Source: Glaucostegus cemiculus
Taxonomy: Eukaryota
Length of the DNA stretch: 64,000 nt
Reading direction: 5' to 3'
NCBI GenBank assembly: GCA_976551045.1
Contig: CDPCPM010000370.1
Span: 1,302,001-1,366,000, forward strand
The translations under genes were made by a program, and so were the position numbers. Under the pieces are notes generated by a model, which did not search any database, was not told the origin of the DNA, and was given only the letters and a program-made list of their open reading frames with translations. Each line of letters begins with the position of its first letter. Position 1 is the first letter of the stretch. Shown piece by piece: positions 40,359 to 51,715 of this stretch.

Positions 40359-40373
40359 AGTTCTCATACCCCA
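40359..40373 (-). other. NAR-TCR D segment TGGGGTATGAGAACT, 12-RSS on both sides (40331-40401 with RSSs)
   Basis: V side CACAGTC-12-ATAAAATAC; J side CACAGTT-12-GCAACATCC; satisfies the 12/23 rule with the flanking V and J. Confidence 0.78.
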
Positions 40374-40763
40374 CACAGTCATTTATGACTGTATAAAATA
40401 CCGCGACTATTCAAAGGGACGCGAGACCTTTGGTGACGGATAAAGGCAGTGGTTTTCTGTTCCAGCTGTTAGACCAAGTCCACATCTGGCCTTTAGAGCA
40501 GGAACAAGAATTGGGCATTGCCAATCGTCATTGGCTTCAGTCTAGTGGAAAGCCTCGTGATCAATTTTTGCTAGGCCTGAGAAACAAACACAGTGTGAAC
40601 TGTTACATTCCAATCCCGTTATATTCCAGACCGTGTGGTAGGTTTGGCGAGGCAGGGCCGTCATTTACTTTTTAGCAGCGAATCACAGTGATTCTTCACC
40701 TATTAATCGGATAATCTGCATTGAAGGATTTTGCACTGCGGGAAGGCCAGGCCGGTTGCTGTG

Positions 40764-41048
40764 GGGCGTCCGTGTACAAGGCTTGACAATAATAGGTGGC
40801 ACTGTCTTCAACTCTCAGATTCCAAATTTTCAGCGTGAAGGTCTTTGCTGTTTCATCGGTGCTCACAAGAAATCGTCCCTTGTTGGTGATCCGCTCCCTC
40901 TCTGACCCAGTCTGGGTCTGTTTGAAGAACTCTCCAGTCACGAAACCATCCCAATAACCGCCGTGGAAGTGGCATGTGATGGCGAGAGACTGACATTCTT
41001 TACTCATCACCGCTGTTGGGCTCTGGGTCACCGACAGACTGACGGAGC
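40764..41048 (-). CDS. NAR-TCR V exon, unrearranged, RSS at 40726-40763
   Basis: SVTQSPTAVMSKECQSLAITC..GEFFKQTQTGSERERITNKGRFLVSTDETAKTFTLKIWNLRVEDSATYYCQAL; FR1 Cys, NAR-type short FR2/CDR2; RSS CACAGCA-22-GCAAAATCC. Confidence 0.93.
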
Positions 41049-41166
41049 CTGGAAATTATACATGGAAAATTGACTGGGTATCTCCGGCGATGCATCGAAT
41101 GGGGAAACATTCGGAATACAATTTTACATTAAGTCTGCACATTATGCGCATGTGAACGGTACTCAC

Positions 41167-41209
41167 GAAGTATGCAGAGACACATTGTGAAAACTAGGAG
41201 GATTCCCAT
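41167..41209 (-). CDS. NAR-TCR V leader exon, cassette 1
   Basis: MGILLVFTMCLCIL, 43 bp, gtgagt donor. Confidence 0.88.
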
Positions 41210-41589
41210 CGCTCTGACTCCGGACGCAATGGTTTATCTCACGGGCAGCTGGAGCTCGCGGCTCTGGACTGCACCCGATGACTGTCCCTCACAGCCAGAC
41301 TGGGACACTTCAACAGCTCTGGTTGGATTTCACCAGACCGTGTCCCGGAGATTATTGAAAGGCCACACAGTTCCCGGATAACTGGCTTTGTTATGTTGGA
41401 AGAAACGTCAAGTTGAAAGAGACGGGTGACACTGCTGATTACGCTTAGTGTTTCTGAGACGAATGTGAAAGACCCTCCCACCTGCTCTGACGTTCACTGG
41501 TGTGAGCAGTTTTTATGTCAGCAGCGTCTGTCTGGCGCCTTAATCACTTCGCAGAGGTATTGCAAGCGCAGGGCTGCAGCTCATTTCCA

Positions 41590-43880
41590 TCGTATTGAGT
41601 AGCCAATATTTTGCTGTTGTTCAAAAAAGGAACTGGGGATAAATCCATTATGTTTTCAGCCAGCGAACCAACATGAGTGGTAGGGAAGCTTTTGGAGAGT
41701 ATTATTCGAGATGGAATGTACGTGCACTTGGAAGGGGATGGTCTGATTTGGGACTACCAGCATGGCTTTGTGTGAAGCAGGTCACGTTTTCCAGACTTCA
41801 CTGAGTTTCTTGAGAGGATGCCGAATATGATTGATGAGAATAGAGCAGCGCATATTGTCCATGTGGCCTTCAGTAAGACATTCTACAAGATCCCCGAACG
41901 AACGCCAATCCAGAAGACTGAGATGCATGAGATACACCGTGACCTTGTGTCTCGGATTCAGAATAGGCTTGCCAATAGAAAACAATGTCCCTCCATGCCA
42001 CGCCCCTCAGGGTGCCTCTCCAAATCCATCCCAAACGATACCTTTGTACCTACATCAACCACTTCCTCTGGCAGCTTGTTCCAAGTACTCATCGCGTTCT
42101 GCGTGAAAAAAAAAACTGTCTTTCAGGTCACCTTTGAATCTTTGTCCTCTTACCCCAAACTACTGCCCGATGGTTTTGGACATTACCTAGCTTGGGGAGA
42201 AAGCTGCTACCATTTACCTTATCTATGCCTCTCATAATATTAAAGCCGCCTACCATGTTACCCCATTCTTCGACGGCAGAAGCAATAAAGAGCCAAGCCA
42301 AACTATCCCAATAACTCAGGCGTTCTAGTCTTATCAACATCCGTCGAAATCTTTGCTGCAGTCTTTCCAGTTTAACGGCGTCTTTCCTATTAAAGAGTAA
42401 CCAAAACTGCTCACAATTCTCCAAGTGGGTCTTCACCAACGATTTGTTCAATTGCTGCATAATTCCCAACTTCTGCATTCAAAGCCCTGACTAGTAAAGG
42501 CCAGTGTGCTAAGCATCTTTCTCACCAACCTCTCTACCTGCGACTCTGCTTTCAAGAAACTTTGCACTTGTACCCTAAGCTCCAAAGTTACATTACTCTC
42601 CCGAGTGACCCACCCTTCATAGTCTATGTCCCATGCTGGCTTGACTTCCGAAAAATCATCACCTCACACTTATCTGTATTGAAATCCATTTCCCTCCCCT
42701 TGTATCACTTCGTTCACTCATCAAGAACCTGCCATTAATCTGCTTTAACCTTCTTCACGATTAAAAATATCTCCAAATTTGGCGTCATCCCCAAACCTGC
42801 TTATCAAACATTGCGCCTCCGCATCTAAATAATTAATATAAATAACGAGCATCAAGGCACAAACACAGACCTCTGCAGCACACCATGAAGCAGAAGCCTG
42901 CATTGCCAGAAACAACTTTCAACAACTACTATCTGCTTCCTACCTTTGAGCCAAGTTTGAATTCTTCTATCATTCATGCGTCTCCCTCGATTTCATTGGA
43001 CGTAACTTTCCAGACTCGCCTGCTATGTTGGACCATGCCGAATGCCATGTTGAAATACACTTAGACAACATCCACTGATTTACCTTAATCTTTCCTTCTG
43101 CTTACCTCTTCAATAAGTCTGACAGATACGTCAAGCACGAATTTTCCACGCACACTGTCCAACTGACTCCTCCGAATCAGATTTCTTCCATCGAAATGAT
43201 TGAATATCCTGTCCCTCAGAATTCCCTCAAGGAACTTGGCTTAGCCATATTCATACTGCTCAATTTAAGTAACGGAACAACATTAGCCACCTTCCAGTCT
43301 TCGGGAACTTCAGCAGTGGCTAACGATAAAGCAAATAACTCTGCAACTCGTTCTATAATTACTTATATAGCATCCCGACAAGTGTGAGGATGAACTCTGT
43401 CTTTTCTTGGGGATTTATCCATTTTAGTGTGCTGCAAGACTCAATACCACTTCCCTGTTAATAGGGAATCATCTCCATATATTTCCCTTATCTCCTGAGT
43501 AAACACAGGTAAGAAATATTCGTTAAAAACTCAGCATCTTCTGTGGCTCGAGACATTGACGGCCCTGCTGATCTGATGGCAACGACTCTCTCCCTATCCA
43601 GCCTTTTTAATGTATCCAGGGAACCTCGGGATTGTCTGTAATTTGACCTCTCAGATACATCTCATACCCTCTCCTTGTCCTATTGATTTCCGTCGTATGT
43701 TTATCAGTAATCTTTTTATCGTCATCAAAGGATTGAACTGTTTCCGGCCTCCAGTACTCGTTTTTCGACGAGAACCTCAATATTTCCTGTCAGCCAAGAT
43801 TCCATAACCTTTCCATGGTTATCCTTTACCCTAACAGGAAAATGCTTCCTCTCGACTTAATAACACTCTATAAAAGCCTT
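41590..43880. mobile_element. Decayed CR1 LINE fragments (+ about 41590-41985, - about 41990-43880)
   Basis: MIDENRAAHIVHVAFSKTFYKIP, HLENCEQFW..RKDAVKLERLQQRFRRM; boundaries approximate. Confidence 0.75.
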
Positions 43881-43974
43881 CCACTTCCTATTCATCATCT
43901 ACCTGAAGTCTGCAGCTTAGGTGTGACCTCTTCACTGCAAATCTCATCAGTGATGCTTGGCGCACCGCGGATGA

Positions 43975-45200
43975 TCCAAGCTCAGTCATTGTTCATGTTG
44001 CACTGGGCTGTAACAGCAGGCTCATTGGTCTTAATAATTATTGGGGCACTATAATGCAAAGCACGGGATCAGTTCAAATTACAGTAATCTGTACTTCTCA
44101 ACACCCAGTCACCTTTCATAATACTGGGCCCCGTAACACCCAGGCTCAGTTATTGTTTGTATTTAACTGTGACAATTAACACAAGGTAAAGGAAATTGCT
44201 ATTACCGCAAGCGCGGGCTCTGCTGATATTATACTGGTAGTTATCAGGTCTTTCCCAGCAACTGCACATGTTGCCTTGGGCCCTCAGTCATTGTTCATGT
44301 TACACTGGGCTCTGTAAAACCAAGACACGACACCGTTAATATTAAATTGGGCCTTACTCCACCAGGTGCAATCACTGTTTATCATACAGTGATTCTTGCC
44401 TTCAAGACGTTGTCATTGTTCACATGACACTGGGCAATTATAAAACGAGACCCAATCACTCACTGGATAAAACTGGGCCCGACAGATTATGAATCGTTTT
44501 TCCATAATACCAGACCCGCTCCCTGTTCGTAGTATATTGACACCTTCAATACCAGGACCATTCATTGTTTACATTACACTGCGCCATTTAACAGAAGGCC
44601 AGATCACTTCACTATAAAGTGGGCAGAACAGCACACTGTACTGGAACTGGTCACATTTCACTGGGCTGCCCCTTTGAAATCATCCCCTCAAAAATCTGCC
44701 CCAGTTTATGCTCATATTAAATGGAGCCCCACAGTAAAAATCACTGCGAACATTCAACTAAACCAGGAAAATTAACGTGTCATGTTAGTTGGTCAGAAAG
44801 CACCATGTGCAGGTTTCTTGCTTCCATAACACGCGGCCAAGTCACTGTCCATATGATAACACCACGTGTTGTCACAGTCGATCTTCAACTATGCTTATTA
44901 GACCAGACTAAAACATGATTCATATTTGACTGGGTCCAAACGCACCAGGTAGCGTAAATGTACATATTGAAGGGCGCACGTAAAAAACATGCACACCTTC
45001 GATTAATACAATGGTCCATTCAATATCAGACACATTCACTGCTTATATCTCACGAGGCCCGATAGAATCAGACCATTCACTGTTCATATTGTTCGGGGCA
45101 GCATGGTACCAGAATCAGTGACACCTAATGTTGCATTGGACCATTTTAACACAATCCCGACAACATTCATTGTGAGGGAGCCTTGGGCCAGAGAGAAAAC
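43975..45200 (+). repeat. Degenerate minisatellite, unit about 40 bp
   Basis: Recurrent CAGTCA(C/T)TGTTCAT(A/G)TTACACTGGGCCC..TAACACCAGGC units. Confidence 0.65.
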
Positions 45201-46860
45201 ACTTCAGTATGACCAGTGACTCGGTCTTGTGCATTTTCTACCTTGGATGGGTTCCCACCAGAACCATTGTCAGGGAGATGCCCCTTGCTGCCAGCCTAAG
45301 TTACTGCTGCACTGCCCTGTCTCTCCGGTAGATTTATTGACAGATACACTGAGCCATCGGTGGACATCTGGAGATAGTTTCCAGCGCAACGACTTTGGTT
45401 GCAAGAGTTTTCCTCTGTTGAACAGCCCACGGCAGCTTCACTGTATGTTGGAATTGAGGTAATGTTGTGCCAGCGTTAAATGCTGAAAGATGTTCATTTA
45501 TTTCCCCTTTGGAGTGTTTTTTCTTTTTTTTTTCGAAAATGTGCGCACAGGATGTTTACTCCGGTTAACATTTGTAAATCTGTTTGCTTTCCTTACCATA
45601 CCGTTCAGTTCAGGGTTGTCCTGACGATGGACAACTCATGACCCCGGGAGCAGCCAACTCGACAGTGCATTACTGTTCCGTCGGCTTGCAGCGATGGATA
45701 TCTGGCCTGCTCTGCGGGATTTCTACAGTTGCTGTCAGCTATTTGAATGTGACATCAGGTGCATTCTCTGGGTCAAAGAGAAGCAGCACTCCGTGCATTG
45801 TGCAGATCCCGGATGAGGGAATTCAAAGCTACATGGCTCAATCAGCCGTTGGGCCCTCATGACCACCGGATCGGAGGCATTGTAAAACTTGTCCGAAACC
45901 GTTGTCTGCCCATTTCCATCCATCAATACTGCTTGATCCGCTGATTTACTCCAGCGCTTGGTGCATTGCTCTGGATTCCAGCATCTGCAGTCTCCTGTGT
46001 CTCCGCAATGTAAAACTCATCTGGATCGAGAAAACTAACTTGTAATTTCAGTCGTCTGAGAAAGCCCTCCGAATTAATGATGATAAATACAAACTGAAAC
46101 ATAAGGTATCATCATGGTTATTGTCGCTGTCCGTTATTTTATTGTACACACTGTCCTTGATTCCCAGTAACATATATGAAGGGCAAACTCCATTTACTCT
46201 TAATGACCAATCCTCTCTGTTATGAGGAACATGGACTTCTTGGTCTCGTCTACGGCGAGCTTCACCGTTTGTATCATTATTTCAAGAAATGCTGGGCTGC
46301 TTTCTTGATTCAGTTTATTTTATATTAAGTTGAACCACTGATTGAGTCTTGTTCATTAATTGTTTTTTTTTAAATGTCGGTCATATATGTGAAAGGACTG
46401 TGGTTCAAACCTGAAACTGAGAGTGTAATCATCAAAAGAGAATTTTTGGGAAGCAAAACAAAATCGAGGATCCATGAAATCCAAAATAGAAGCAGAATCT
46501 GCTCAGCACTCTCACCAGTGGAAAAGGAGAAAAGAGTTAACCACTATTGAAAATCTGTGTTGTTACAAATTCCATTGGTTTGCACATCGACGCCAATTTG
46601 AATGTGGAAGTGTTGGTGCCAATTCACCTGCCGGCGCCGGCACTGCAATTGCAGGGGCCGGGCGTCCCTCAGTCCGGGACTGGTTCCACAAAATGCATAA
46701 CACCACATTTTACCAGATCGGCAATCGAAACTGTTCAGCCGCGGTGAAAGCGTTGTATCCTGCCATTCAGACCATCTCGGATACTGGTGAAAGAATTGAC
46801 CAGATTTAAACTGAGCAGCCGACTTTCCAACCGAGAAAGCCACGCTTCTCCTGGGCTTTT

Positions 46861-46875
46861 GCTGCCCTCTGGTGG
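46861..46875 (-). promoter_or_regulatory. CTCF-consensus motif between the divergent NAR-TCR cassettes
   Basis: Minus strand CCACCAGAGGGCAGC in a CpG-containing patch; motif match only. Confidence 0.5.
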
Positions 46876-48162
46876 GAGATCTGAGTGAAAATTTTGTCTT
46901 GAACTCGTTGCAGAAATCATTGCCAGTTTTGAGATATTGAAAAGTAATTTAGATTCGCGAGGCATGTGCGAAGTCGACAATTGAGTTTAAGATGACTGAG
47001 AGAAATCGGGATTGTTTAATAAATGTATGAACGAGATATTCGGTAATTTTTTCCGTTATCGGCAATCCAGACACATAGCCCGAGTTCACGCCAAGGACGT
47101 AATGGTGTCCATTCACGTTCTGAGAAATACAATAAGAGTAGAGGGATATTGACAACGTGGAGAACCGTTGGTTGCGCCACAGGTGATTGTTTAATATGTT
47201 GGAGTCAGTTTTATGTTTGGCACAACTGCGATCCCTGTGGTCAAGAGTTTCCATCAGGATATGTTATCGAACCGCTGGGGTATCTGCACAGATAAGTGGA
47301 ATGTAGTCAAATTAATTCATGCACTTCCACATATGTATGACTTTTACCCGACTGCAGCAGGACTGACTGGATGAACTGACTGATGGAATCGGTAGACGCA
47401 TGGCAGATAAAGATTAATGCTGAGGAATATGAAAGACCGTTCAGACGATATTATGCCACTCAACAGGAGAATGGTTCTAAATGTGGTGCGAAGCTGTGAC
47501 AAAGGGGCTCATGTGTACCAACCATTGAAAGTGTCAGGATGAATTGAGCAAGCAGTGTGTAAAACATTCGACATGTTGTGTGCAACCAATAGAGGTGAAA
47601 AATGTTTTTTTTAGAAGTGGGGGGGGGTGGGAGGAGGCGGAGAAGTCCTTCTGCATTATCCTGGTTCATTAACCTGGCATAAACTGAAGTGTATAGCCAA
47701 ATTCTGGTCGTTAATTTTGCAGCTCATTTCCTCATGCACAGTGTTTCAGAACGTGAACAATGTTCACAACTGCAGGACATATTTTTTTTCAATTTCGAGA
47801 CAAAAGTCGTTTTCGGACGAGCCTTGTTCCCCAGCTCCAGTACGAACTGTTGAGCTCAGCTCAGTGATGAGAGCCAAAGGCAGCCGGATACCCACCTTCC
47901 AGTTGACACTTGTGGGAGGGGCTCGCACGTCAAGTTCAGACAGCCACTGAAGTATGAACAGACGGCTCCTATTTCAAGCAGTGACTCGATCACATTGTAC
48001 ACAGCCAGAGATCCAGGATCCGGCGGCATATCAGGAACGATGCTGTTCAGTTTTATGGGCCTCATAAAATATTCAGATGTGATGATCAGTCTTCTAGCAA
48101 AGCAGCTGACCTCAGTTTGCTGCAGCCCATCGGAGAATTTATCAGTTTCGGGGGGCTCAGCG

Positions 48163-48205
48163 ATGAAGCTCATCTTCCTTGCCACTTTGTGTGTTTGGTT
48201 ACCCA
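48163..48205 (+). CDS. NAR-TCR V leader exon, cassette 2
   Basis: MKLIFLATLCVWLP, 43 bp as in cassette 1, A|GTGAGT donor in phase with the 48714 acceptor. Confidence 0.85.
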
Positions 48206-48289
48206 GTGAGTGGTCCGATTTCATTGCGTGTTTCGAACAAAGTGTTGTATGTTTGCCCTGTTGTTGCCCGGAACCCAATAATCAACTCA

Positions 48290-48600
48290 ATCCGTCACAC
48301 AGCAGCGAAATAGGGCCTTCGGCCCATCATGTCTATGCAAAACATCAAACACCAATTCACACGGATCATATTTATTCTCCACGCATTCGTATAAGCACCC
48401 CGCAGTTTATACCACTCACCGACACACAAGAAATAATTGACAACGCTCAATTAATCTGCCAAGCCACAGGGCTTTGGGATACTGGAGGAATCCTGAATAC
48501 CCGCGGAAAACCCTGGCCGTAACATGAGTGCAAGCAAACTGGACAGACATAATCCGAGGTCAGAATTGAATCCTGTCACTGCAGCTGTGAGTAAGAGGAA
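48290..48600 (-). mobile_element. Old decayed V-SINE in the leader intron
   Basis: GGCCTTCGGCCCA..GGAGGAA..GGAAAACCC..GCAAACT..GAATTGAATCC..GCAGCTGTGAG pattern. Confidence 0.6.
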
Positions 48601-48713
48601 TTCCCGGCATTTTTTGACGGTATCCTCTGTCCCTTAGTTGGTATTCTGTGTTCAAGACGTGACATCCTTCACATGCACCTTGGTGAGCGGCTCTCTCTGT
48701 GTTTAATTTGCAG

Positions 48714-49082
48714 GCTCCTTCAGTCAGTCGGTGACCCAGAGCCCGACGGCGGTTACCAGGAATGAGTGTCAGTCTGTCACTATCAGCTGTCGATTCTATA
48801 GTGGATTTTGGAGCAAAGATCATTTCGAAGGTGGGAAATTCTTCAGGAAACCAAACTTTGGAGCGCAACTCGAACGGGTCCTCGGCGGAGGACGATTTTT
48901 TTTGTCGATTAATAAAGCAGAAGAGATGTTTACGCTGGAAATTAGGGACTTGAGAATCGAAGACACGGGCACATATTTCTGCAGGGCTTCGTACAAGTAT
49001 CGTGGAAGTTTTGAATCTCGGGACCGCAATATGTATCAAAAGGATATAGATGGGTCAGGCACCTTATTGTCTGTCACAACAG
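48714..49082 (+). CDS. Pre-joined (germline-joined) NAR-TCR VDJ exon
   Basis: ttgcag acceptor; SVTQSPTAVTRNECQSVTISC..GKFFRKPNFGAQLERVLGGGRFFLSINKAEEMFTLEIRDLRIEDTGTYFC-RASYKYRGSFESRDRNMYQKDI-DGSGTLLSVTT then G|GTAAGT; single open frame, no RSS between V and J. Confidence 0.93.
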
Positions 49083-49776
49083 GTAAGTGACCTTGTCATT
49101 TGCCGATATTTAAGTGGTTAAATGCAAGATGATTTGCAATCCAGACCGTCTCCCGCGTCTCTGTTGGAAAGATGCAAACTTTTTATATTAGCTTTTAAAG
49201 TGAAACACGCTAAGATTCCATCTCTTGTAGCTTTCAGACATCTTCGTTTCCATTTCAGATGTGTCTCCTCATCTTCTCTGCCTATTATGGATTAAAATGA
49301 GAGGCAGCAGAATTGAGGACACGACACTCATATTCATGTAGGTAACTTCGATCGAAACTTTAGATGGAACTGCTAGAGGTTGGACCCTACTTTTGAGAAC
49401 CGGACAGTAAAGCGGAACATTCTCTGACATGCCGGCTGTCAATACATGAGTCTAATCAAGGTCCCATTGAATAGGATGCTCAACTAAATATCCAGTCACA
49501 TTTAACTGCGGAATGCCGATGACAATTATCAACGCAGAGAGATCAGAAACGAAACTATTACTGAATAATATTGAACTATATCTGCCTCTATGGTGCATGT
49601 AAATAGGTAATATCATTGTTCGACAGCCACATTGAAATCACCAAACTACATCGATTGAATAAGAAGGATCACATGTAACAATCTCCTCCCTTGTGCACTG
49701 CTCCTCAATCATGATGGAAAGGAAAATATCTCAGCTAAGGAACATTCAAAACTAGCTGTTTCTTTTTTCCCTGCAG

Positions 49777-50088
49777 ACACTGCTCCACATTTCATCGTGA
49801 GCCAAAGTACGCCTCTTCAATCTTCTCCCACTTTTGATACCGTCACCTTAAGCTGCAAATGTTCTGGTTTCTGTCGGTACGCGATTCATTGGTACAGGCA
49901 GTTCCCAGGACAGGCTCCTAAATTCCTACTCCAGACCCGCAATTCAGGAGAGCAGGATAAGGAAAAGGCCGCCGGAGGACGAACTTCTGCTTCCCTCGAT
50001 CTTGAGAGGAAAATCAGCCTGTTAACAGTTTCCAAAGTGGAAATGAGCGACTGTGCTGTGTATCTCTGTGCACTGAGTCCACGAAGAG
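49777..50088 (+). CDS. TRDV: Leaderless supporting TCR-delta V of cassette 2, with consensus 23-RSS at 50089-50127
   Basis: ctgcag acceptor; DTAPHFIVSQS..LSCKCSGFCRYAIHWYRQFPGQAPKFLLQ..GGRTSASLD..AVYLCALSPRR; RSS CACAGTG-23-ACAAAAACC. Confidence 0.94.
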
Positions 50089-51559
50089 CACAGTGCTACA
50101 GAACAGGGAGGGCGCTGCACAAAAACCTTCATCTGAAAGATTAGAGATAAACAGGGGTAAAAAGCATGCAAAGTTGGAAAAGTCGGTGGGAGAGAGAGAG
50201 ATAATTGGGGCTTATTGACACATATTCCACATCAATACATCGCCAGAGCAGAAATGAATAATTATTTTCTTTTATTTTGTATAGTCCATGATATCATGGA
50301 GACGCAGATCGATTTTAACATAATTAAATGGAAAAGAATTCCAAATATCATTGTGACCTCGAAACTGTGGGAGAACATTTCCCGCCAGCCCACCCACAGA
50401 CAAAAACGTTGGAACAAGCACATTACAAACATCAAGAGATTAGTACAAACGGTTAATTTTGCCGACACGCTTCAGGTAACGGGCCTGCTCTGGGTCGCAT
50501 CCCTGCCCTTGTTCATCCACACCCCGCCCCTGCAGTGTCTTCACGCATTCTGACCTTTAGCAAATCTGCAGTCTTGACATCTCCAATAGACCAGTTAGTT
50601 CAGCTGCTTTCACTATAATCCCCGAAATAACATATTGGACAGCCCACTGATCTCTGTCTCTCTTTCATCTCGTTGGTTATTGCTGAATAGCGAAGCTTTT
50701 GCACAAGGACATTCCCTACGGATTTGTTTTTTTCTGATCATCTGTCAGTTGCAAATGATTGTATTGCTGTAACCTCTTTAAGGAGGCACCAAGACTTGAA
50801 AATGTTTATGATCTATGCTGTTATTTTTGCCAGACTATCGCAGTTGGAACATTTCTCCGACATAATTCAATTTACCAAGCAGAAAAACAGCCATCCTTTC
50901 ATTTTGAACAAGATCTTCCAGAGAAACCTGCGAAAGAATTATTGAATGTTTCATGTGAAGCGAGATTGAACTTTGTCAGCTAACTACATTACAAAGGATG
51001 CAAATAAAATATTACATCCAAGCACATGTTTCTCAATAGTATTTCCGTTCCGTTGTTCAGTCGGTGCTCATCTAGTACATATGCAAGGAGTGATCGCCCT
51101 CATGAGTGTGCTTACATGGGAGAAAACCGGGATTTGTTCAAAAGTCCATATTCCATGTCCGCGGGGAGGTCATTGCACTTCCAAGTGAACTTTGCAGTCT
51201 GAATATAAGTATGTTGCTGTTTTTCTTGAATCGCAGAATACTGTAAGCTTTATACTTGTTGACTGTGGAAGGATACACGAAACAATTGTTTAAATGTGAC
51301 ACCTTTCCAATAATTATATTTTTACTCAAATCGTGCAGAAATTGGGGTACCCAGTTGGTCACTAGTATATTGACATGAGCCTGAATGATATTGGTTTTTG
51401 TATTAGAAATCTGCAATTTGGAAGACAAGGCGAAATTAGTCCGAGAAAATCTCAGAATACCATTCTGCATCTGAGGCGAGAACTGGGGAGGGGGTGGTGG
51501 GGGTGAATGCTTGAAGATGTTGTTCTATCTGCGTTGATCACAGCTGTTACAGGTGTAGA

Positions 51560-51715
51560 CCTGTTCTGGGAACTGCCGGTGCCAGTGTACTGCCTGCCAA
51601 CAGAACCCGAAGTTATTGCAGCTTAAAGTAACAGTGTCGGCAGTGTGACAGGTTATTGCATATGACCCACAATTATTCCTCGATACGTTTCGGTAAAGTG
51701 GAAGCAGCAGCAATC
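51560..51715 (-). pseudogene. Truncated supporting-type Vdelta fragment (FR1-FR2 only)
   Basis: DTVTLSCNNFGFCWQAVHWHRQFPEQ aligns with DTVTLSCKCSGFCRYAIHWYRQFPGQ; no FR3 or RSS. Confidence 0.75.

Noticed and set aside
40560-40710. Extra CACAGTG heptamers at about 40589 and 40684 as a second NAR-TCR D
   Set aside because: No convincing nonamers at 12 or 23 spacing and no paired RSSs around a short core.
40915-40935. Phe in place of the canonical FR2 Trp in both NAR-TCR V exons (GEFFKQ, GKFFRK)
   Set aside because: Shared by both copies and, as I recall, normal for NAR-TCR V; not evidence of a pseudogene.
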